Assembly (NCBI GenBank): GCA_964016885.1
Contig: OZ024741.1
Coordinates: 67,580,001-67,644,000, forward strand
Direction: 5' to 3'
Source: Eledone cirrhosa
Lineage: Eukaryota
Length of the DNA: 64,000 nucleotides
The notes under the pieces were generated by a model. The model made no database searches, was not told the DNA's origin, and worked only from the letters and a program-made list of their open reading frames with translations. Shown piece by piece: positions 27,263 through 41,116 of the stretch. The stretch's first letter is position 1. The number at the start of each line of letters is the position of its first letter. The translations under genes and the position numbers were made by a program.

Positions 27263-28720
27263 AGGGTTAAAATACCGGAGTGTGTTGGAGTTAAACACCC
27301 TCTTCGTATTATAGAAATGACAGTAAAAGGTATAGCTCAATGTAGTTAAACAGAGCCGAAAAATTAAGAGAGTAAAACAAAGAAGCCTTCAATACATCAA
27401 CAGTCTTTATTAGCCGACAATGTTTCGTCCTATTAAGGACTCATCAGGGCAATTAAAACAACAAGAAGTAATATCGGCAGATACAAGCCGGAATCTCTGA
27501 AGAATATGGAGTGTACATAAACTGAAGTATTAGAAAAATATATAATAAAAATATATGATAATAATTACTAAGGATGTATATAACATTAAGAACCATATTA
27601 AAAATATAGTCCAAAGCAAAAAACTAGAGCTAAACAAAGGTGGTTATATAGAGCAGGAATTTTATATAATACAATATAACATACAATAATATACCTTTAC
27701 CAACATTAGAATAAAAAATTACAATAAAAATCAAAAGATACAATATGCATATGTATATATGTACGCACACGTACACACACATACACATACAACAATACGC
27801 ACATCCATCTTCCACTGCACAAATTAAACCTTATTAAGAATTTGAATATAAAAATAAGCATGGTAGGAATGAAAATAATAATAATAATAATACTAATACA
27901 TCTACCCAATATATATGAGGTAATAATATGATATAATTATAAGTAACACATATAATAATAAATAATACAATTATATACTATATAATACAATATAATAGAA
28001 TAGATAATCTCCGGTTAATTTACACAAACAATATAGATGTCACAATAATAATATAATAATAATAACATTTACAATATACAATATACTAACATTTATCAAT
28101 GTACTCAAGTTAACAAATCGGTTCATATTGGGTTACAGAGTAGGTGAGGAAAAATAAATTGTACAATACCTAAAAAAACTTACAGAAGTAGAAACATCTT
28201 ACATGATATATAAAGTTTAACATATCATAATGTTACATATAATTAACGGTAAGTAATAAGGATCAATATTACAATAAAAAATACAATATAATATATTATA
28301 TAAAATAAATTAATACAATATAATATATAATTACTTATAATTACAAGGTTGGTAGACAGACATGTATATGGATGAGTGAGTGAGTGCCAGACAGTGAAAA
28401 TAATACACAGTGGTATTATAATATAGAATAAAATAAATAAATAGATAGAATCAACCGGAAATTAAAAAAAAACAAAAACAAACGTATACATATAGGTCTC
28501 CCATGCAGTTAAGTAGTTAAGTAAAAGCTAAGGAAAACAACCCCTGTAAATGACTCGAAAACCCTATTTGATAAATTAATATTAAAAATATTTAAACTAT
28601 CCAATAAGGCAGTATAATATTGGCTATAGTTTAAGTCATTAAAGTTTATAAACGTTAATATTTCGTTCCAAATGTTTACAAGAAGGAATGAAAATTGTTT
28701 ATTATCATATACATAACGAT
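27263..28720 (-). mobile_element. 3' part of a second PLE-like element
   Basis: Hammerhead near the end, AT-rich UTR, possible ORF terminus FIPSCKH at about 28670-28695; terminates at (TA)n. Confidence 0.55.
27407..27456 (-). ncRNA. Minimal Type I hammerhead ribozyme (family F)
   Basis: GCC-CUGAUGA-GUCC-UUAAUA-GGAC-GAAA-CAUUG-UC-GGC: canonical core and GUC triplet. Confidence 0.88.
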
Positions 28721-29859
28721 ATCCAAAGAACTGACTTAAGCAGAATTAAGGTAGGCTAATAGGGACAGAAAAGAAGAAATGTATGGAGGATGCAAAGGGG
28801 CATAAAATATAGTCGATATACTATATTACATAATAGGAAGGAGTGTAAAAGAGGGGGGGGGGGGGTAAATATAATATAATCATAGTCAATTTGGAGGGGT
28901 TGACAATAAGTTTATGTGCGCATGTATGTATGTATGTATGTATGTATGTATGTATGTATGTATGTATGTATGTATATATATATAGTATCCATACCTACAT
29001 TTACAGGTATCTTCTTTCTTGCATTTATTTAAATGCTGTCAAGGTGACCTATAATTAGATTATTTCACAAACCAATATATCCATAGCTATTTCTGTATTG
29101 TAGTGCGTTAATGTTTCCAGAGTCCATCTCATGAAGTCAATTATATAATTACTTAGTTGTAATTAATATTTAATTTATACTATATAATTGCTAAACTATA
29201 AAAATACAATGATGGACATTTACAAGCTACAAGCATACATATAATTTTATGAATAAATATATGAATAAATATATAGATACGTATAGGTCAACAACACATA
29301 GTATTAAAGGTTATCAGAAACAGAAATAACGTCTATATAAATAAATATAAATAGTCAGTTTGAGTATATTGCATTATCAGTACTAGAAGAAAAACCACGC
29401 TTTGGGTGGTTTTCTGCTAGCATGTGTAGTGTGTGTATTGATATTATACGCAAGTATATATACATGTAGATATGATACATCAAATAAAATCGTAATTGAC
29501 AATATATAATACATAGAAATTGAATGAAGACTGTGTTACACTGTCTTATGTAATCAGTAATGTAATCCATGATATATTAAAAAAAGACGATATCATGTAT
29601 AAACTGCATTAGGAGAAAGTTAATGAGAAAAAATTAGTATGTTTATTTAAGCGATGGCCAACCGGAAGTGTTGACATTTCAGAAATGTTAAAGAAGTGAA
29701 TCTTTAAATAAACAAAATATATTTAATCAACAGCCACGAAATTTAGTAGATCAATTATATAATATTCATTCATTATTTATTCAAAGTAATCCACTAATAG
29801 GATAAACAATTATAAACCGTACGGAGTCCCGCGCTCCTTACTTTATTATAGTTTAGATG

Positions 29860-30120
29860 CACATCACAAATATTATGTTAACATGGTGGTTACGATACCT
29901 TCATTCCATCAAATATGTACTAAGAAGTGGGAACCTTTTGAATGGAATACTGGACAGTTAATTACGAAATGGAGTTAAAATCCACTTGACAGTTGGAAGA
30001 AGCAAGTTAAGTCACTCCAGAGCCAGATCTCGCCAGCTTTCAGTAAAAGACAAGATTCGTGACATCTTCGGAAGGATGCTTATAATGTGTCATCCAGAGT
30101 TTCGTAAAAATGACCTCACC
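29860..30120 (+). pseudogene. Transib/RAG1-like transposase C-terminal remnant
   Basis: Fragments VTIPSFHQIC, KWS*NPLDSWKK and ARSRQLSVKDKIRDIFGRMLIMCHP follow the order of the Transib/RAG1 HK..H, SE...E..NK and AR....D......S.P motifs. Confidence 0.5.
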
Positions 30121-30415
30121 CTAACTGCTATATTTGTAGAGAAATAGGACATACAGCTCAGTCAATCAAATAAAAAAAATGCTTCAGTTTCAACGCAAGA
30201 GGAAAGCAAAATTGCCTCCATTTATTTTATATAGACATTGAGTATGAGAATATTGAGTATTGAACTTGTATTACACTAACAAAATTTTGTACTGATACAG
30301 GCATTGAGTATGAGAATATTGAGTATTGAACTTGTATTACACTAACAAAAGTTTGTACTGATACAGGCATTTAGTTTCAAAATATATAATGTTTTTTAAG
30401 TTCTCCTACATATAT

Positions 30416-30608
30416 AATTGTTTCTACTTTTGACACAAGGCCAGCAAATATCCCAGTGTATTACTGGTACTTTATTTTATCGACCCCGTAAGGATGAAAA
30501 GCAAAGTTAACCTCAGCGAGATTTGAACTCAGATCGTAAAGGCCCGTGACTCCATGCTGCAAAGTATGGCGTCCAACCCTCTACCATACTGCCAATCCAC
30601 CATCCACC
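30416..30608 (-). mobile_element. SINE family 1
   Basis: Full-length reverse copy. Confidence 0.85.
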
Positions 30609-31413
30609 ACTCCTACATATATAATGGTTACTGCAAAGCCTCAGTACTATTTCAAAATGTCAAATATTGCTCAAAACAAAGTCCATATCATATGGTGACT
30701 ATTTCAGATGGAGTTGCCTCTGTAATTTCAGGATTTTAGATATTTGGCATAACATGAACTATTTTTTATCGGGCAGTACAATGTTTTTTTGAGAAAGAAA
30801 TCACCTGACTACCCTGAATAGGACACTGGGATAATGAAATGTCTCTAAAATTCTATATTAAACATTTCATCCCATTTAAGTATCATTTTATTGGGTACAA
30901 TTAAACAAAAGTGCGGCTTAACAGAAAAGTATGTATTATTTTCATGGAGAACTGATATATTGCAAACAGCTGCAAAGAACATTAAAGTTAGCCTAAAACT
31001 TCAATTTTTAAGTTCTTTTTACTTAATTTTTGCTCGGACGACCACCACAACCAGAGGATTCCAGAACACATTAACTCTATATTATAACCGTTGCCTAACT
31101 TTTGTTAGGCTTGTTTAAAAAACTACACTTAGCAGGGTACATATGTCTAAACTTCAATACATTATCTTTCAGAAAAGTGACAGTCCAATCTCTGAGTTAT
31201 TTGAAATATTATGGCCTATTCATTTGGGATGATTTTTCAAGATATATTGTGATTTTTGTTGATTAAATGTTTGTGCAAAAGAACTGCAAAATTAATAACA
31301 TTAAATTATAAAATTCTATAGACACAATTTTTTTATCTGTATTTATTTACTTATTATTCCTTTGCTTCTTTGCCTCAATGGTCATGTTCAAGAGAAATTT
31401 TTTTTCAATAAAT

Positions 31414-31860
31414 AATTGTTTCTACTTTTGGCACAAGGCCAGCAATTACCCAGTAGATTACTGGTACTTTATTTTATCGACTCCGTAAGGATGAAATGCA
31501 AAGTTAACCTCGGCGGGATTTGAACTCAGAATGGCGAGGGCCGTAACTCTATACGTCAAAGCATGGCGTCCGACCCCCTACCGATATTGCCAATTCACCG
31601 CCCTTTTTTCAATAAATAATTGTTTCTACTATTGGCACAAGGCCAGCAATTACTCAGTACATTACTGGTACTTTATTTTATCGACCCCATAAGGATGAAA
31701 GGCAAAGTTAACCTCGGCGGGATTTGAACTCAGAATGGCAATAAATAATTGTTTCTACTTTAGGCACAAGGCCAGCAATTACCCAGTGCATTACTGGTAC
31801 TTTATTTTATCGACCCCGTAAGGATGAAAGGCAATGTCAACCAAAGAATGGCAATAAATA
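31414..31860 (-). mobile_element. Tandem trimer of SINE family 1 (one full, two 5'-truncated)
   Basis: Copies start at about 31414, 31618 and 31746, each preceded by CAATAAAT. Confidence 0.85.
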
Positions 31861-31897
31861 ATGACAGGAAAACCTAAACAAAAACAATATCTATCTA

Positions 31898-31931
<34 letters not shown>

Positions 31932-32478
31932 GGTGTCCACAGAAAAGTGTATACACACTTTGTTTACCTGTACAGGCAATATTTATTAGAATGCCGTTGA
32001 AGTGTGAATACATTTTTGGGGTCACCTTATATATATATATTCATTCATACACAATATGTACTTGGCACAGCGTTGATAAAATGAAAACATTTTAATTCAT
32101 TAGTAAAATATTGCAGTAATATCAAATATGAGACTAAGGCAGAGACCTTCACTTACCTGGTTGTTCGACAGAAAATCTCAGTTCGTAAGGAGGCCAGGTG
32201 GACACAATATCGTTATCAAACCTGACCATATGTTAATTACATAGTGCATCTTCCTGTGTCTAGATTATGTCAGTATGTACGAGAAAATATGAGTTACAAG
32301 TTGAAGGTATGTACGATATAATACCGAAATGTGTGTTCCCCCCAACAATATATACACACTGCAACACTATTCTAATAAATATTGCTTGTAGAGGTAATTA
32401 AAGTGCGTGTTCATTTTTTGGATCACCGTGTTATATATATGTATATATATATCGGTTACCCCCGATTAAACCCGGGAT

Positions 32479-32529
<51 letters not shown>

Positions 32530-32673
32530 ATAAGAAACGGAGAATCAGTGGTGCTACGAATATGATTTATGAGACATATTACAATCGTTTCTCTGGCGAC
32601 CAGCTCGAGGCACGATAGATGCAATGATCAAACCTGACTCTGAAATCGCAAGATTCTTAGATATGTCTTAGTT

Positions 32674-32862
32674 AGGGCGGTGGATTGGCAGTATCAGTAG
32701 AGGGTCGGACGCCATGCTTTCCAGCATAGTTACGTCCCTTTACGATCTGAGTTCAAATCCCGCCGAGGTTGACTTTGCCTTTCATCCTTACGGGGTCGAT
32801 AAAATAAAGTACCAGTAATACACTGGAGTAATAGCTGGCCTTGTGCCAAGAGTAGAAACAAT
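32674..32862 (+). mobile_element. SINE family 1
   Basis: Full length, flanked by a direct repeat ATTCTTAGATATGTCT (about 32653 and 32861) consistent with a target-site duplication. Confidence 0.9.
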
Positions 32863-33588
32863 TCTTAGATATGTCTCGAATCTACGAAGTAGAGTTATAA
32901 GGTATCTATTTTCGAAGTTCTGGTCAACTTTATTTAGTTACCTACCTAGCTATGTGTGGTTACACACTTGTAAAAATTATCTCCTGTGATTATTCATGTT
33001 TATTTATATGTTAATCAATCTCTAGTTATTATAAAATGCTCGGACCTACTCGTTAGAATCTTAGAGCTTATTTTACGGGTGATATGGCGCATGTCTTTCT
33101 GGCATGACACCCATAATTTTGATTTGGATTAAATTCATTTGATTTATCTTAATTTTGTATATATATATATATATATATAAACAGGTTGATACACAATACC
33201 TTTTACATGTAAACGAAACTTCCTCGTTTTTTTATAATATATACAGTGTATTCTCAGTCCCGATTATTCGCGGAATTTTCCTTAGAACCCAACTAATAAT
33301 TGTTCGTGGAAACCACCGCATATTCGTGGAATCGTAAATATCTTCTGCGAACTTTTAATGGCTTTTTTCGTGGCAATATATATTTTTTCACGCTTTTTAA
33401 CGCTAAATCATTAATAACAATATACCGTATTTGCCGGCCTATATTTTACATTATGTTTTGACGTTAATAGGCGTTTGACGTCCTATATTCGCGGTTTTTC
33501 ACTCTTTGCTGGTGTTGTAGGAACGCAACTCCCACGAATACCATGGAACAACTATGTGTGTGTGTACACATATATATATATATGTGTG

Positions 33589-33628
<40 letters not shown>

Positions 33629-33765
33629 AAGAGAGAGAGAGTTCTTCTTTGATGACCTTGTAATAAACAGACGAAAATCCAGAGTAACATGACTCACTTT
33701 TCAGCCTTATTAATAATGAGTATATATGTAATAGATGTATGTATGAAGACATCTATATATATATA

Positions 33766-33945
33766 ATTGTTTCTAATTTTGGCACAATGCCAGCAATTAC
33801 CCCACTGTATTACTGGTACTTTATTTTATCGACCTCTTAAGGATGAAAGGCAAAGCTAACCTTGGCGGGATTTGAACTCAGAACGTAAAGGGTCATAACT
33901 CTATGCTGCAAAGCATGGTGTCTGACGCTCTACCTATACTGCCAA
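33766..33945 (-). mobile_element. SINE family 1
   Basis: Near full-length reverse copy. Confidence 0.85.
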
Positions 33946-34798
33946 TAATACTTTTTATATACAATAAACTACCGAAGAAAAATAGTGTCACTTATTGAAA
34001 AGGAAGTGAAACGAACGAAAAAATATATATATTCTTTCAATATTCATCTGTGAATTTATCATAGTTTTGCCAGAATATGCTGAGAGTGTCAGACATAGTT
34101 GTTTCAACATTTATTATCTTTCCTTAGTGACTCTCACTCAGAGCATACTAAGCACAGAATAGACTATAGTCTATATAAAAATTTGCGTGAAGATCACTTG
34201 TGGAAAATGCTCAATTTCTTATAGCAAATAGAAACATCGGCTGGAAGTGGTCATTTGGATATAGTACAAGCTTAATTGGTTATATTTAATTGAAGGAAGC
34301 ATAAACACAGTGTTTAAGTATAATAGAGGTGTATATGAAAACATATATAAGCATATATAATACGTTTATATACAATAGACATAGGGGTAGCCTCACTGGA
34401 GAAAAAATATATATTTTCATAGTGAAACGAAAATAAAACGAAAAAAATATTATTTTTCTCTATTTTCTTCTATGAATATATCCTAGAGTTGCCAGTATAT
34501 AATGAGTGTCAGACAACACTGTTTCAAGATTTGAAACATACTAGCATGACTATAGTGTTTATTCAAATATATATATATAATAATTAAAGAATCAGTGTTG
34601 CATCATATGCATATTTAATCACATATTACTTATGTTTCACTGCCGATCAGCTCGAGGAACAATCGATTATGTTCGTTCCTGACTCTGATCCCAATAGCAT
34701 CGAGTGCTCTTCTTGGCCTATCGCCTGTGAACGCAATCCAGGTGCACCTTTACTAATATATATATATATATATATATGTGTCTGTGTGTGGGGGTGTA

Positions 34799-34853
<55 letters not shown>

Positions 34854-35011
34854 CTGTGTGTGTGCGTGTGTGTGCGCGTGTGTGTGCGCGTGTGTGTGCG
34901 CGTGTGTGTGCGCGTGTGTGTGCGCGTGTGTGTGCGCGTATTCAAATCTATGTCTTCCCGCCATTGCTATTCTCAAGTTTGCGAGGCTCAAATCATTTTC
35001 TCTCTAACTAC

Positions 35012-35088
<77 letters not shown>

Positions 35089-35501
35089 TCTCTCTCTCTC
35101 TCTCCCTCCCTCCCAATCTCCCCATCTCCCCCCCGCTTCTCTCACTGTATTCATCTTTGTATGTCTGTGCCTAAAAGCAAAAAAGTTCTACGAACAACTA
35201 CAACAATAACATTACACTAGCCTGATACTTATCAAATGAAAGAAATGTTGAAGCAGTAGTAATATGACGCGGAAATGGAATATAAAGAAAAAAACACATA
35301 ACAAAGCTAGACATTTTAGACACCGGATATTGTAAAGACCGGATTTCTACAATATGGCGATTTCCTCTTCGAGCAATTATTTTACTTCTGCACAATCTAG
35401 TTTTAAAACAACCGGAAGGATAGCAGGATAATAATATGTTGAATGTATGACAAATGTTAAGAACACCCCCGATATGACAAAATCATGACTATTTATGCAT
35501 A

Positions 35502-35572
<71 letters not shown>

Positions 35573-35929
35573 ATACTTGATAATTCCATATGAATAAAGC
35601 AATTTTTGTCCTATAGCAGTAATTTCTACATAAAATGAATATGCTTCTTCTCTAATAACGTGGGTTCTTTTCCGATCCCCTTCGGAATATCTTTATTAAT
35701 TATCGATACATATGTATATACATATTTACATATATTCTTTTATTTTTACCATCCTTTGGCTGAAACAATGGTGAAATACCACTATTTTCGCTACAGTTTC
35801 TAAAGTCATTTTTTTTTTTAGTTTCTGCCTCTCTTAGGTTCAGCTAGGATAACTCGAACTAGTGTTTTTGCATTATATTAAAGGGATGGGTGCCCTGGAA
35901 CTCATGCGATAATATTGAAGTATCTGGTA

Positions 35930-36108
35930 CTTGGTCTTCCCAGTTGCTAGTATTAATACTATCTATCGGTCGCAATTCCAGGTAGAAGGAGCAACGTGAA
36001 ATAAATTGTCTTGCTCAAGGACATAAAGCATCGCCCGGTCCAGGAATCGAAGTCACAACCTCAAGATTGCGAATCCAATTCTCTAACCACTCAGCCACAC
36101 GCCTTCAC
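35930..36108 (-). mobile_element. tRNA-derived SINE family 2
   Basis: Reverse copy of 44950-45120. Confidence 0.85.
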
Positions 36109-36139
36109 AATATATATGATGATGCAGATACTTAGGGTA

Positions 36140-36450
36140 TTTATCAGTGAAGGTGTTGCAAGCCGCGAAGATAAACTCGTTTAAGTAGACAAAAATTAAT
36201 CCACGTCAGTCGTATAATTATAGAAAATGAAATGGGGAACAATTATAATCCATTAAAATATTAGATTGCACGGTTGTGGAAATTGAAAAAAAGGTTAAAG
36301 ACATATCAGTAGTGATAGGTACCTTGGGGACAATAACCCATGAATTTGATTATTGGATAAAGGAAATAGAAATTGTGTCCGTTAGCATTTCTCTAGAAAG
36401 CTTACATTTTTGGAAGAGTGCGAATCATTAGGAAAGTTATGGCCAGTTGA
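36140..36450 (+). pseudogene. R4/Dong-like C-terminal remnant
   Basis: IARLWKLK, SVVIGTLGTI and RIIRKV fragments. Confidence 0.5.
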
Positions 36451-36629
36451 TGTAGACACATTTCGTGATACCTAAACCTAGTTGTAGTGGTCCACTATCT
36501 CACTATATCTGGAATTTTAATACCTTATAATAATAATAACATTGAACGTACCCAAGTCACACCGATCTGTGCTCAATAATGCAGTAACTACAAGCAACAG
36601 AAATAAGAAAAATGGCAATAATAATTATT

Positions 36630-36796
36630 TATACTATAGGCACAAGGCCAGTAATTTGGGGGGAGGGGAACGTCGATTAAATCGACCCCAGTACGTTACT
36701 GGTATTTTATTTTATCGACCCCGTAAGGATGAAAGGCAAAGTTAACCTCAGCGGGATTTGAACTCAGACCGTAAAGAGCCATAACTTTATGCTACA
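36630..36796 (-). mobile_element. SINE family 1 (5'-truncated)
   Basis: Same core sequence. Confidence 0.8.
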
Positions 36797-36974
36797 AATA
36801 ATAATAATAATAATAATAGTAATGGACTTGTCAACTTCTTCAGTGCTACTTCACCGTATTAACGCCATGTTTGTCACAGAAAACTGAAAGGAGATATTTC
36901 CTTGTAAAACAAAACAGGTCGACATCATTATGGTTTTGAGTGGAATGTATTTATATGACAGTCTCTGCGCGTAC

Positions 36975-37053
<79 letters not shown>

Positions 37054-37197
37054 GAGATTCACACACATGTACGTACGTGTGTGTGTTTATGTACATATGC
37101 AACTTTGAGTTTAATATAATTTTATCCTCGGTGTGATTTTATCATCACTCACCTTGAAGATGCAATTGCTGTAGTTTTCTGTTACTTTTATAATATA

Positions 37198-39409
37198 CTA
37201 GCAGTAAAGCCCGGCGTTGCTCGGGGTCGCTCAGTAGCTGTGTTAAAGTTACAATGTTAAGTTTCTTTTTTGGCTTAAAAACTGTAGTGTCTACTGTGCA
37301 GACTTGCATGTGGTGTTTTTGATTAATATTCCCTCAACCAACAATATGCCTTATGAAGTTAAGAAAACATAACGATAACCCGAATTAAAGTAAATTCAGC
37401 CTTATAAGACCGTAAAATTAATTTAAACGTTTAATAGGGAAAGTTTGCTAACCGTCGTAATAAAAAAATAAATATCAATAACTTACGAAGTAATGAACTC
37501 GCCGAACTTTTAAAGCGTTGTAGCATACAAAGGCAGTACAGGGCAAATGAAGCTATTAAACAAACTGGAGATTCCAATTCACTCTACTAAAGATTTACTT
37601 AATCGTCTGCACATTCGCTAATCGTCTGCTCATTCCATAAAAGGGAAATAATCGCCTATATCACCTCTCTGCATGACTGTCTGTCTGCACGCCTATATCA
37701 CCTCTCTGCACGACTGTCTGTCTGCACGCCTATATCACCTCTCTGCACGACTGTCTGTCTACACGACTGTCTGTCTGCACGCCTAACGAAATTTACAGAT
37801 ACATATATTTTAAATAAACTTATATAATTTTTGCTTTTTTTTTACGAAATATTTGCTTGTTTTACGTAGTCTTTAAATAGACTTGTTTTCAAGTAAAAAT
37901 ATTGTTTTAAAAGGCTTTTAAATGGAAATGAAGCAAAACGGAAGCTTAGTGTTCGAACTGATGAATTTTGCAGGTCAAAATTTTGCTGGCTCGACAACTG
38001 TTCGTGTATTGTGTTAATGTCATTTTAAACGCTGAGAAAGCCAGCGTAATTTTTTTAATTTTTGCCAGCGTAATTTTTTTAATTTTTGCACGCAGAAAAT
38101 GTAAACAGAACGTAAGACGCTACGCTGAATGTAAACAGAACAAAGGGAAATCATTTTTTTAATTTTTGCACGCAGAAAATGTAAAGAGAACGTAAGACGC
38201 TACGCTGAATGTAAACAGAACAAAGGGAAATAACTCATCACTTACGCTCAAAAATCGATACATTATATTCGATTTCGTCAGATATGGCGGGTCAATTTGA
38301 AATATTTTTTTTCCGATGTCTTCGCTAGGGCTCAATATACAAGTATAGCAATTTCGGTGCAATTCTGTGAGAGATTCTAAGAGGAGATGTGTGCCAAAAA
38401 TCGATAGACAGACAGACAACCTCAGTTTTATATATATAGACTAGCAGTAAAGCCCGGCGTTGCTCGGGGTCGCTCAGTAGCTGTGTTAAAGTTACAATGT
38501 TAAGTTTCTTTTTTGGCTTAAAAACTGTAGTGTCTACTGTGCAGACTTGCATGTGGTGTTTTTGATTAATATTCCCTCAACCAACAATATGCCTTATGAA
38601 GTTAAGAAAACATAACGATAACCCGAATGTTATAACAAAAGAGGATGCTGGGGATAAAAACTGCACTGGTTATTTATTAACAAAGATCGAAAATGTAAAC
38701 ACTGCAACGCAGAGAAAAACATTAGCGTAACCAAATTATCAGTTATGTCTGTCTGCACGCCTATATCACCTCTCTGCACGACTGTCTGTCTGCACGCCTA
38801 TATCACCTCTCTGCACGACTGTCTGTCTGCACGCCTATATCACCTCTCTGCACGACTGTCTGTCTGCACGCCTATATCACCTCTCTGCACGACTGTCTGT
38901 CTGCACGCGTATATCACCTCTCTGCACGACTGTCTGTCTGCACGCCTAACGACGAAATATTTGCTTGTTTTACGTAGTCTTTAAATAGACTTGTTTTCAA
39001 GTAAAAATATTGTTTTAAAATGCTTTTAAATGGAAATGAAGCAAAACGGAAGCTTAGTGTTCGAACTGATGAATTTTGCAGGTCAATATTTTGCTGGCTC
39101 GACAACTGTTCGTGTATTGTGTTAATGTCATTTTAAACGCTGAGAAAGCCAGCGTAATTTTTTACGTAAGACGCTCAATGTAAACAGAACAAAGGGAAAT
39201 AACTGATAACTTACGCTCAAAAATCGATACATTATATTCGATTTCGTCACATAGGGTGGGTCAATTTGAAATTTCTTTTTTCCGATGTCTTCGCTAGGGC
39301 TCAATGTACAAGTATAGCAATTTCGGTGCAATTCCGTGAGAGATTCTAAGAGGAGATGTGTGCCAAAAATCGATAGACAGACAGACAACCACAGTTTTAT
39401 ATATATAGA
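37198..39409 (-). mobile_element. Head-to-tail dimer of a non-autonomous Helitron (units 38441-39409 and 37198-38440)
   Basis: Each unit on the minus strand starts TCTATATATAT and ends with hairpin CCCGAGCAACGCCGGG plus CTAG. Inserted between A and T with no TSD; internal 37-bp minisatellite. Confidence 0.88.
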
Positions 39410-39476
39410 TTAGTGGGAATTCATCAAAAGTCGCTGCTCTATAGCTCCTACACACTGTGCTTTTCTCATTCCCTCC

Positions 39477-39562
<86 letters not shown>

Positions 39563-41044
39563 TTCATATGTGCTTCCCTCTTTCTAAGCTTTTTTTGTTA
39601 TGAACGATATTAGCACTGACGGAGAAAATCAATAATGAAAGGAATTCCGGCTATGTTAGTTGGCTCATTTTAGTCAATTTACATGCAGGACTTCATTTTC
39701 CAATAGTTCCTTCTTTTAAAACAAAATTATTTGATTTGACCCTTTCTGTCGCGATCCGAAAACTGCGTAATCGTTCGTTCTTTGGCTGTTTTTCTTTTGG
39801 TTTTCAATTGTGTAAGTTAATTGTAATTCTGTAGCTCTGGGTAATCCTGCGAGTGGTTTTATGATAAAAACGACCAAACTCTGTCCCTCGCATGTTTTCT
39901 TTTCAGATCTGTGCACATCATAGATAATATTGCCCAATGTACCTTTCTTTTCGAGGGTTTTCTTTTTAGTGAAATTTTGGTGCAAAGCTTTGAAAAGTGA
40001 ATGACCACACAGAAGCTGTGTTGCAGACAGCAGAGTATAAAACTTTGTAAATATTTTGTATCTTGGTATTGGCAGAAAACCACACAATTTAGTGCTACGG
40101 AACAATCGGTTATAATGAACTACATAGTCTATTAGGCGGTATTTAAACTTAACATAAAGAGAAGTTCAAAAAGACTACAATGGATTCTGTTTGCTTCTTT
40201 ACCGATTCTACCTTTCACTGCCAATAATGATTTCTAGTATAGGCACAAGGCCAGTAATTTGGGAAGAGGGGAAAGTCGATTTAATGCTTGAAATAGCAGG
40301 AATAGAATCTTCACGTTCCGGACACTAGCCATTCATCAGAAGATAGAGTTAGAAATAGAAGATAAATAGAAAGCAAAGAGTGAAATGAGGTAAGAACGGG
40401 GAAAAATTAGGGATAAAAAACACACGTATATATATATATCACTGATGAGGGACTCATTTTATAACATGTTATCCATGTGCAACCATGCAGTATTCTTCTC
40501 CCCATATTTTTCACATATATTTACCTAAACTGCGATTCTGTTTTTCTCTCTCTCTCTCTTACTGCTCCCTCGTTCTCTCTGTTTCTCTTACTTTCTTTCG
40601 TCCCCTCTGTCATGTCAGTTAACACTTTCTCTCTACTGACCTCTTCCTCGCACTTCCAATCACTCACTCACTCACTGTTTCTCCCCTTCTCACTTCCGCC
40701 CGTTCGCTACGAAAACGATTTCCTTCTTTCTTACATCGGATTCATCGCGAAAGGTCTATTCCTTACTCGCTCATATATTCACCCAGCTTATACTGATAGA
40801 ATAACTATGTAGCTTGTGTTTCTTCCTATCTTCGGTTAGCTTTCCCCTGTGTTGTTTACTTGTCTCACTCGCTTTACGCGTTTTAATTGTCCTAATAACT
40901 TAATTTAGTTATTATTGCACCAACGTGAGGTATATGATTTTTAATGCAATGAAATACCAATGACCGTTGGCAAATCACTGATGAGGGACTCATTTTATAA
41001 CATGTTATCCATGTGCAACCATGCAGTATTCTTCTCCCCATATT

Positions 41045-41114
<70 letters not shown>

Positions 41115-41116
<2 letters not shown>

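Noticed and set aside
32575-32612. Partial hammerhead 3' halves here and at about 34625-34655, 45150-45175 and 53268-53282
   Set aside because: No CUGANGA was found upstream; the motifs are incomplete.
39716-40105. 129-aa minus-strand ORF
   Set aside because: No recognisable motif or splice support.
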